Origin: Candidatus Omnitrophota bacterium
Lineage (GTDB): Bacteria > Omnitrophota > Omnitrophia > Omnitrophales > Aquincolibacteriaceae
Reading direction: 5' to 3'
DNA length: 64,000 nucleotides
NCBI GenBank assembly: GCA_043803685.1
Contig: JAZDJU010000037.1
Coordinates: 32,001 to 96,000, forward strand
Shown here: positions 55,716 to 64,000 of the stretch, piece by piece
Layout of the letters: each line of letters begins with the position of its first letter
How positions within the stretch are numbered: the first letter of the stretch is position 1
The notes under the pieces: generated by a model
Told to the model about the DNA's origin: nothing
What the model saw: only the letters and a program-made list of their open reading frames with translations
Databases searched by the model: none
Program-made: the position numbers and the translations under genes

Positions 55716-55755
55716 AGGAGTTCTCCCTTATTGAAGTTTTGTTTTTCACATCCTA

Positions 55756-55828
55756 AGCTGGAGATGGGAATTGAACCCATGACCTCATCCTTACCAAGGA
55801 TGTGCTCTACCAACTGAGCTACTCCAGC
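55756..55828 (-). tRNA. tRNA-Thr (GGT)
   Basis: GCTGGAG acceptor stem, anticodon arm with GGT, GTTCAAT T-loop; 3' CCA not encoded. Confidence 0.96.
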
Positions 55829-55970
55829 GCTTGACTCTGCTCAGCGCTTTCGATCGCTCGCCACAACATGCTAACCACAGCAAAAAAATAAAACCTTAAA
55901 AGAAATCGCCTCACATGAAGACAAAAATCACCTTACGCGGAGACAGCTCTTCTCTGAGGAAAGAGTGGAC

Positions 55971-55998
55971 ATTCTATTGAAAACGAAAATCGTGTCAA
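55971..55998 (-). promoter_or_regulatory. sigma70-type promoter for the tRNA-Thr-tuf cluster
   Basis: TTGACA-16 nt-TAGAAT on the minus strand with an A/T-rich upstream tract. Confidence 0.7.
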
Positions 55999-56050
55999 GC
56001 TTTTTTAAAACTATTTTTCACACTCACATAAGGCGCTGCGGCAATCAAAC

Positions 56051-56800
56051 CTATTCCCCCCTGAGGGTCGCCATAACCTTACTGAAAAGACCGGACTTTT
56101 TTGCGGCGGTTGGAATGGAACGGCTCTGAAATTTCTCAAATTGCGTTTCAAGATATCCCATCCCCATCTTTTTCAAAACTTCCTGGACCACGATCGCGAC
56201 CACGTCCTGAATCCCGCGGATATCGTAATAAGTGGCGCCGCGGATCCCAGCCTGGTAACTATTTCTTCTAAGGGCCGGACCGCTCGTATCCAAATAACTG
56301 ATCTCCCCGACCGAGAGAATCAGTTCATCAATGATAAGTTCGGGCGCGCGCTTTCGGATCTGAGCCATGACAGCTTTCTCAGAGGAAGACTTCTGTTCCT
56401 CAGCGCTTTTCTGTAAGGGCTTCAACGCTAGGATATTCAGCCCTTTCCGCGAAGCGTTGATGACCTGCATCTCCCGGAGATCGATTCCTAGCGCTTTGAG
56501 ACGGAAAACCCCTTTTGGGATACTGGGAAGATCCACTGAAACGATCAGCAGCGGAATGCGCGCGAGCGTCCCTTTCGGAAAATCGTAAGGGTTCCCGATC
56601 TCAAGACCCTGGATCTCAAAGCCCGAATTCTTCCAGTCCATTTTTACGCTTTGCACGGAAACATCCGCGCCAAGTTGATACCCGAGAGATAAAATAACGG
56701 CTTGTTTGATCACCCATCCGTGAAAGATGACAAGAAGGAGCAAAAGAAATATCGCGAGACGCAGCAACCCAAAAATGAATTTAAACATTCCTTTGATCAT
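56051..56800 (-). CDS. hypothetical membrane-anchored protein, AsmA-like N-terminal region
   Basis: N-terminal TM helix, then IQGLEIGNP..F pattern typical of AsmA-family starts; family call is from memory. Confidence 0.65.
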   Translation of the reverse strand: MIKGMFKFIFGLLRLAIFLLLLLVIFHGWVIKQAVILSLGYQLGADVSVQSVKMDWKNSGFEIQGLEIGNPYDFPKGTLARIPLLIVSVDLPSIPKGVFRLKALGIDLREMQVINASRKGLNILALKPLQKSAEEQKSSSEKAVMAQIRKRAPELIIDELILSVGEISYLDTSGPALRRNSYQAGIRGATYYDIRGIQDVVAIVVQEVLKKMGMGYLETQFEKFQSRSIPTAAKKSGLFSKVMATLRGE

Positions 56801-56875
56801 GACACTCCTCTCCCGTTTTCGGGACCTTCACTTTATCGGCACGCAGTCGGAAAATCCAGAATAAAATATTAAAAT

Positions 56876-56951
56876 CGGGAAACGTGGAACGGGCAACGAA
56901 AATGAGAAATCTTTTTCCGTTCAACATTCGCCGCTAGCCGTTTTCCCGTTT
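56876..56951. repeat. heptamer tandem-repeat dyad (CGGGAAA-type), degenerate right arm
   Basis: CGGGAAA CGTGGAA CGGGCAA CG ... CGTTCAA CATTCGC CGCTAGC CGTTTTCCCG. Confidence 0.6.
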
Positions 56952-56964
56952 TCTGCATCTTGCC

Positions 56965-56994
56965 TTGACAAAGAAAGAGGCTTTGAAAGATAAT
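56965..56994 (+). promoter_or_regulatory. candidate sigma70 promoter of the atp operon
   Basis: TTGACA-18 nt-GATAAT; would imply the first gene starts downstream of 56993, e.g. TTG 57059. Confidence 0.45.
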
Positions 56995-57304
56995 GTCGCC
57001 CGTCAAGTTCCATGCTCGGAAACAGCATGACAAGCAGGGTAAATTCCCCCCGGACCCCTTGGATACCATCAAGAAAGATCTTCAGAAGCTCTTTTGGATG
57101 CTCGGACTGGCGCTGACCCTGCCCACGGTTCTTTTGAGCGGCCCCTTCGCAGGTTATCTGATCAGCCGTTGGTTGATCGTGAAATGGGGTTGGGCCCCCG
57201 GCACCACACTGGTACTTGTCCTGTTGGGGCTTGTCGGTTCGGCCGTCCAGACGGTACGGGTTTTGAGGCTTCTATATAAAGGTAGCGAAAAGAAGGATCT
57301 ATGA
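56993..57304 (+). CDS. AtpZ/AtpI-family small membrane protein (start uncertain)
   Basis: two TM helices, first gene of the atp operon, overlaps the atpB start. Confidence 0.75.
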   Translation: MSPVKFHARKQHDKQGKFPPDPLDTIKKDLQKLFWMLGLALTLPTVLLSGPFAGYLISRWLIVKWGWAPGTTLVLVLLGLVGSAVQTVRVLRLLYKGSEKKDL

Positions 57305-58164
57305 GCGTCATAAACGAACAGCACGTTACAGCCGCCGTACAAGCCGTCGCACAGGCCCACGAACAGACCGCTGAGGAGCTCCCAAACTTCATTTCGTTGC
57401 TCGAACATTTTTTCCCGAAGTCCCCTCTGGTCCATTTCCTGTTCAGCTGGGAAAATCTCATTTTTTCATTTCTGGTCCTGGGCTTTATCGCGATCCGGTC
57501 AATCCAGGCCGCTCGCAAAAACGAATTCCTTCCCGGTGGTCTCCAGAACCGGTGGGAACTTGTTTTTGAAGGCCTCTCCGAATTCGTCACTAGCATCCTT
57601 GGACCTCGCGGGATGAAACATGTTCCCTTCCTCGGCACGATGTTCCTTTATATTCTTCTTCAGAACTGGCTCGGGCTGCTTCCACTGATGAAATCGCCAA
57701 CTAGCGCGTGGAGCACCACGATCGCCCTGGCGCTCATCACCACGGTTTATATTCAATGGATCGGTATCAAAGAGCACGGCTTTGCCGGCTACGCAAAACA
57801 TCTCGCGGGAAATCCCACCGGCATCCTGGGGATCGTCCTCGTCCCCCTGATGCTTGTCATCAACCTGAGCATCGAGTTCTTCGCCGTGCCCCTGAGCCTC
57901 TCGCTTCGTCTTTTCGCCAACGTCTCGAGCGAAGACAAGCTTCTGTACAAGTTCGCGGAGCTCAACGCGATGTATCATTGGCTCCCCTTCTTTTTCCAGC
58001 TCTTCGCTAATGTTCTTGTCATTCTCTTTAGCTTCATCCAGGCTTTTGTTTTTCTTTTACTCTCGACCGTGTATATTTCACTGATCCTGCCGCACGAACA
58101 CGACGAGGAACACAACGCGGCATCCGAAACATCATCCGATTCTGTTCATTCACACTCAACGTAA
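57301..58164 (+). CDS. atpB: ATP synthase Fo subunit a
   Basis: PLSLSLRLFAN essential Arg, IQAFVF.LLS.VY. Confidence 0.96.
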   Translation: MSVINEQHVTAAVQAVAQAHEQTAEELPNFISLLEHFFPKSPLVHFLFSWENLIFSFLVLGFIAIRSIQAARKNEFLPGGLQNRWELVFEGLSEFVTSILGPRGMKHVPFLGTMFLYILLQNWLGLLPLMKSPTSAWSTTIALALITTVYIQWIGIKEHGFAGYAKHLAGNPTGILGIVLVPLMLVINLSIEFFAVPLSLSLRLFANVSSEDKLLYKFAELNAMYHWLPFFFQLFANVLVILFSFIQAFVFLLLSTVYISLILPHEHDEEHNAASETSSDSVHSHST

Positions 58165-58175
58165 GGAGAATTAAC

Positions 58176-58406
58176 ATGGATTCACACGTCGCATTAGGTT
58201 TCGCACTTCCGATCGGTCTTGCCATCACAGCATTCGGCTCTGCGCTCGGTCTCGGTAAAGCCGTCGCCTCCGCGATGGACGCCACAGGCCGCCAGCCCGA
58301 AGCTTCCCAGAAGATCCTGGTCAACATGATGGCCGGTTGCGCGCTGATCGAAGCGCTCACGCTTTATGTGCTGATCTTCGGTTTCGTATTAATGGGCAAG
58401 ATCTAG
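58176..58406 (+). CDS. atpE: ATP synthase Fo subunit c
   Basis: RQPE loop, carrier Glu in ALIEAL. Confidence 0.97.
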   Translation: MDSHVALGFALPIGLAITAFGSALGLGKAVASAMDATGRQPEASQKILVNMMAGCALIEALTLYVLIFGFVLMGKI

Positions 58407-58419
58407 ACCCCGAGCGTTT

Positions 58420-58920
58420 ATGGAATTCTTTCAAGAGAACATCCACCTCACCGAGGTCCTGGTCCAGCTCGTCGCCTTTCTGATCGTGTTCTTCACGCTC
58501 AAGAAGTTCGCCTGGAAACCGCTTCTCGCCATTATCCGGACACGGCGTGAAAAGTTCGAAAGCGAATGGAGCGGGATCGAGAAGACCAAACAGGAGGTCG
58601 CCCTCCTGCAAAAGGATTACCTCACGCACCTTCAGAAGATCGAAGAAGAAGCGCGCGCAAAGATGCAGGAAGCGATCCAGGAAGGACGCCGCCTCGCCCG
58701 GGAGATCCAGGAGAAAGCGCGCCTGGAATCCCAGACCTCATTCGAGAAGGCGAAAGCCAACATCGAACTCGAGGTCCAGAAGGCGCGGCTCACGCTCCGT
58801 CAAGACGTCGCCGATCTTTCGATCCGCGTCGCCGAAAAGATCCTGGCGGAAAAAATGGACGCCTCCCAACAGGAGAAAAAAGCGCTCGAGATCCTCGGGG
58901 AGCTTGAGAAAAAACTATGA
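58420..58920 (+). CDS. atpF: ATP synthase Fo subunit b
   Basis: N-terminal TM, KFAWKP, coiled coil. Confidence 0.95.
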   Translation: MEFFQENIHLTEVLVQLVAFLIVFFTLKKFAWKPLLAIIRTRREKFESEWSGIEKTKQEVALLQKDYLTHLQKIEEEARAKMQEAIQEGRRLAREIQEKARLESQTSFEKAKANIELEVQKARLTLRQDVADLSIRVAEKILAEKMDASQQEKKALEILGELEKKL

Positions 58921-59474
58921 AGAGTGACATTGCCGCGGGCCGCTACACCCGCGCCTTATTCCAGCTCGCGGAGAAGGAAAAACATCTCGCCGAGATCGAT
59001 TCCGGACTCGACGCGCTCGTCAAGGTCCTCGCGACCCAGCCGAAGATCCTGCGTTTGATGGAGAATCCCGTACTCACGAACGCGGAGAAGTACTGCCTGG
59101 CGCTGGCGGCCCTTGCCGGAGACAAGACAGGACTTTTCGCAAGATTTCTCCGCCTCCTGATCGAGAAAAAACGTTTTGCCCTTCTGCCCGAGATCCAGAA
59201 GGATTTTCACGAACGCTTTGAGAAGAAACAGGGCATCCAGGAAGTGGAGATGCTCTCGGCCGTGCCGTTCTCCACCAAGGCGCTCGAAAAATTCAAGGCG
59301 ACGCTTACAAAAAAACTCAACTCCAAGATCCGTTTGATCCCCAGGACCGACCGCGGGCTCCTGGGAGGATTCGTTCTGCGTTTCGCCGGCAAAGAGATCG
59401 ATTGCAGTTTCAAGAACCGTCTTCATGAGATCCGTCAAAAACTTTTCAGCTCCGCCGAAGAAGGGGTCATTTAA
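58917..59474 (+). CDS. atpH: ATP synthase F1 delta subunit
   Basis: A.RY.RALF, LLGGF....D.S. Confidence 0.95.
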   Translation: MKSDIAAGRYTRALFQLAEKEKHLAEIDSGLDALVKVLATQPKILRLMENPVLTNAEKYCLALAALAGDKTGLFARFLRLLIEKKRFALLPEIQKDFHERFEKKQGIQEVEMLSAVPFSTKALEKFKATLTKKLNSKIRLIPRTDRGLLGGFVLRFAGKEIDCSFKNRLHEIRQKLFSSAEEGVI

Positions 59475-60977
59475 ATGCTCAAACCTGAGGAAGTCACGCA
59501 AGTCATCCAAAAAGAGATACAGAAATACGAGACCAAGCTCGAAATGCAGTCGGTCGGTTACGTGCTGCAGGTCGGCGACGGCATCGCCCGCGTTTATGGC
59601 CTCGACGAGGTCATGGCCGGCGAACTGGTCACGTTCCACGAGGGAACGACGGGCCTCGTGCTGAACCTCGAGCCGCACCACGTCGGCGTGGTCATTCTGG
59701 GCGAAGACAGCAACATCAAGGAAGGCGACCAGGTCAAGCGCACGGGCAAGATCGCGCAGGTCCCTGTCGGCGAGGCCCTGAAGGGTCGCGTCATTAATCC
59801 GCTCGGAGTACCGCTCGACGGCAAAGGGCCGATCGTCTCGCAAAAGACGCGCCCGATCGAATCCCTGCCTCCCTCAGTCGTCCAGCGTCAACCCGTCAAG
59901 GAACCTTTGCAGACCGGCATCAAGTCGATCGACGCGATGATCCCCATCGGTCGCGGCCAGCGCGAGCTCATCATCGGCGACCGCCAGACCGGGAAGACCG
60001 CCATCCTGATCGATACGATCTTGAACCAGAAGACGACCGGCGTGCATTGCATTTATGTCGAGATCGGACAGAAATTGTCGAGTGTCGTGGCGCTTGCGGA
60101 TACGCTCGAAAAACAAGGCGCGATGGAATACACCACGATCGTGTCCGCCTCTTCCGACGATCCCGCTCCACTTCAATACCTCGCGCCTTATGCCGGCGCC
60201 GCGATCGGCGAGGAATCCCTTTTTAATGGAAAGCATGCCCTGGTGGTCTACGACGACCTTTCGAAACACGCCGTCGCTTATCGTCAGCTGTCGCTCCTCC
60301 TTCAAAGACCTCCGGGACGCGAAGCCTATCCGGGCGACGTTTTTTATCTTCATTCACGCCTGCTCGAGCGCGCGGCCAAACTGCGCGAAGACCTGGGCGG
60401 CGGCTCGCTCACCGCGCTTCCCGTGATCGAAACACAACTCGGCGATATCTCGGCTTATATTCCGACGAATGTCATTTCCATCACCGACGGACAGATCTAT
60501 CTGGAAAGCGATCTTTTTTACGCGGGCGTGCGGCCGGCCATTAACGTCGGTCTTTCGGTTTCGCGCGTCGGCGGAAATGCCCAGACCAAAGCCATGAAAC
60601 AGGTCGCTGGCATGTTGCGCCTTTCACTCGCGCAGTACCGGGAACTCCAGGCGTTCGCCCAACTCGCGACCGACCTCGACAAAGCCACCAAAGATCAGCT
60701 CACCCGTGGCGAGCGCATGGTCGAGATCCTGAAACAGACCGACCTTCATCCGCTCCCCCTTGAAAAACAGGTCGTGAGCATTTTCGCCGGGAACGAAGGC
60801 TTTCTGGATGATGTTCCCGTCACCAAGGTGCGGGACTTCGAGACGAAGCTCTTGGACTTCATCGACAAGAACTATCATGAGGTCCTGCTCGAGATCGCGG
60901 AGAAAAAGGTCCTTTCGGACGCGCTGAAAGAAACCATGAAGCAAGCGGTCGTTAAATTTAAACAAACCTTTAAATGA
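59475..60977 (+). CDS. atpA: ATP synthase F1 alpha subunit
   Basis: [29 protein letters not shown]. Confidence 0.99.
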   Translation: MLKPEEVTQVIQKEIQKYETKLEMQSVGYVLQVGDGIARVYGLDEVMAGELVTFHEGTTGLVLNLEPHHVGVVILGEDSNIKEGDQVKRTGKIAQVPVGEALKGRVINPLGVPLDGKGPIVSQKTRPIESLPPSVVQRQPVKEPLQTGIKSIDAMIPIGRGQRELIIGDRQTGKTAILIDTILNQKTTGVHCIYVEIGQKLSSVVALADTLEKQGAMEYTTIVSASSDDPAPLQYLAPYAGAAIGEESLFNGKHALVVYDDLSKHAVAYRQLSLLLQRPPGREAYPGDVFYLHSRLLERAAKLREDLGGGSLTALPVIETQLGDISAYIPTNVISITDGQIYLESDLFYAGVRPAINVGLSVSRVGGNAQTKAMKQVAGMLRLSLAQYRELQAFAQLATDLDKATKDQLTRGERMVEILKQTDLHPLPLEKQVVSIFAGNEGFLDDVPVTKVRDFETKLLDFIDKNYHEVLLEIAEKKVLSDALKETMKQAVVKFKQTFK

Positions 60978-61051
60978 CGGATAACGGATGGAGGATGGAG
61001 GATGACGACAGGCAAGGTTTTTCGCCTTCCGCCATCCGCCTTCCGCCATCC
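60978..61051. repeat. heptamer tandem-repeat dyad (MGGATGG-type)
   Basis: CGGATAA CGGATGG AGGATGG AGGATGA ... CGCCTTC CGCCATC CGCCTTC CGCCATC directly after the atpA stop. Confidence 0.85.
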
Positions 61052-61062
61052 ATAGCGAAGCT

Positions 61063-61929
61063 ATGAGTGGACAGCTGAGAGCTTTAAAAAACAGGATCCG
61101 CGGCGTCGAGAGCACGAAGAAGATCACCAAAGCCATGGAAATGGTGGCCGCGGCGAAGCTCAAGCGCTTTCAAAGATTGCGGGAGCAGTCGACCCCCTAC
61201 GTCCTGGCCGTGGAAGGGGTCCTGGACCGGCTTCTCGCGACCGATGTTCCGCTCGAGCATCCTTTGCTCGAGATCCGTGAAGAGAAAAACGCCGCGCTTC
61301 TCGTGGTCACTTCCGACACGGGGCTCTGCGGGTCCTTTAACCAACTCCTCATCGAGGAAGCCAGGAAATTTCTCCGGAATAGTTCCAAGGCGCCCCTTTT
61401 GATCGGCGTCGGCAAGCAGGGCGTAAACGCCCTTTCGCGCGCGGGTCACACGTGGCACCAGACTTTCACGGACACCAAGACCTCGCAGGTCGAGTCGGTT
61501 ATTTCGCAAGCGAGCGCCCTGATCGAAACGCTTTTCACGGAAAAAAAGGTCGATGCCGTTTACGCGGTCTATACTCATTTCATGGGAAAATCCATCTACC
61601 GCGTCACGACCGAAAAACTTCTTCCGTTCACCCTAGCCTCTTCTCAAAAAGAAGAGGATGCGGGGGACGACACCCATTACATCCTGGAACCCAGCCGCGA
61701 AGCGCTTTTTACAAGGCTCATTCCGCTCGTTTTTGCGGCCAAGGCACGCATGATGTTCATGGAATCCTTGATCTCGGAGCAAATGGCGCGAATGAACGCC
61801 ATGTACCAGGCCACCGAGAACGCGAAAGAACTGATCGACACGCTGGTCCTTTTACGGAACAAGGTCCGGCAGGCCGCCATTACCAAAGAACTTATTGAGA
61901 TCGTTTCGGGCTCGAAGGCTTTAAAACAA

Positions 61930-61932
<3 letters not shown>
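61063..61932 (+). CDS. atpG: ATP synthase F1 gamma subunit
   Basis: KITKAMEMVAAAK, SD.GLCG.FN, RQAAITKELIEI. Confidence 0.98.
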
Positions 61933-63426
<1,494 letters not shown>

Positions 63427-63431
63427 ACACA

Positions 63432-63503
63432 ACGAGCCACGTTCCACGAGCCACGAGCCACGGATTTTAGAGTCCGTGGTCCTTGGCCCGTGGCCCCTGG
63501 CAC
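63432..63503. repeat. heptamer tandem-repeat dyad (ACGAGCC-type)
   Basis: ACGAGCC ACGTTCC ACGAGCC ACGAGCC ACGG ... CCGTGGT CCTTGGC CCGTGGC CCCTGGC between atpD and atpC. Confidence 0.88.
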
Positions 63504-63510
63504 AGGTTTA

Positions 63511-63786
63511 ATGATGGCCGCGACTTACTCTCTGAAGATCATCACACCGCAAGGGATCGCCTACGAAGGAACCGTGTTCCATACGTTCCTTCCCACGGAG
63601 AACGGCTTTGTCGGCGTGCTCGCGCATCACGCGCCGTATCTGGTGTCGTCTAAAGGCGGGAAAATCACGGCCAAGGAAAGCATCGGCCTTGAAAAAACCT
63701 TTCAGGTCGGCCCGGGCTTCTTCGAGGTCCACCACGACCAGGCCGTGTTCCTCACCACAACATTCCAAGAAGAAGGACTATCATAA
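63511..63786 (+). CDS. atpC: ATP synthase F1 epsilon subunit, short form
   Basis: LKIITP, G.VGVL..HAP, GFFEV; no C-terminal helical hairpin. Confidence 0.9.
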   Translation: MMAATYSLKIITPQGIAYEGTVFHTFLPTENGFVGVLAHHAPYLVSSKGGKITAKESIGLEKTFQVGPGFFEVHHDQAVFLTTTFQEEGLS

Positions 63787-63788
63787 AA

Positions 63789-63844
63789 GTTGTGGTTGTC
63801 CTGATTTCTTTTGATAAGAAATAAAAAGATCAGGGCACCACGAC
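63789..63844. repeat. inverted repeat with A/T-rich loop
   Basis: GTTGTGGTTGTCCTGAT ... ATCAGGGCACCACGAC. Confidence 0.55.
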
Positions 63845-63864
63845 CTTCTCCGAACAAAGCTAAA

Positions 63865-63910
63865 AGGGACAGTCCCCCTAAAATTTAAGGGGACTGTCCC
63901 TCTTTTTTTT
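63865..63910. terminator. GGGACAGTCCCC hairpin, probable intrinsic terminator of the atp operon
   Basis: AGGGACAGTCCCC ... GGGGACTGTCCCT followed by a T-run, between convergent genes. Confidence 0.75.
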
Positions 63911-63919
63911 CGCGAATCT

Positions 63920-64000
63920 TTAAAAGAAGATCCCCATCACGAGGAGCGCCACGCCCACAGACGCGGAACTGAGCGCCACCACACGAAGCGCGAGCGGCTC
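63920..64000 (-). CDS. 3' end of a probable membrane protein (partial)
   Basis: hand translation EPLALRVVALSSASVGVALLVMGIFF* running off the window. Confidence 0.5.
   Translation of the reverse strand, partial: EPLALRVVALSSASVGVALLVMGIFF

Overview
64 kb of a bacterial chromosome, probably PVC superphylum and possibly Candidatus Omnitrophota (inferred from the non-canonical EF-Tu switch I, the missing rpmD and gene order; not confirmed by search). Nearly everything from 60 to 56800 is on the minus strand. An accessory/envelope segment (60-24585) holds rubrerythrin, an FtsH-like protease and a lipoprotein, a type IV pilin, UvrA, two probable outer-membrane proteins, dapFAB, an ornithine/lysine decarboxylase and homospermidine synthase, a MORN-repeat protein, a beta-carbonic anhydrase and an aminotransferase. 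It is followed by a contiguous ~31 kb translation/transcription cluster (tRNA-Thr, tuf, rpmG, tRNA-Trp, secE, nusG, rplKAJL, rpoBC, str, S10, spc and alpha operons). The plus strand carries a complete F1Fo ATP synthase operon. Main hunt results: (1) the pilin has an (AAGC)7 tract inside its cleaved leader and is out of frame as assembled, a likely phase-variation switch; (2) nine intergenic heptamer-repeat arrays, mostly arranged as inverted dyads, share geometry but not sequence; (3) ribosomal protein L17 ends in a MinD-like amphipathic helix behind a long linker; (4) several further short inverted-repeat families occur. Single-base frameshifts in tuf and rplV most likely reflect assembly indels, a caveat for all frameshift calls here.
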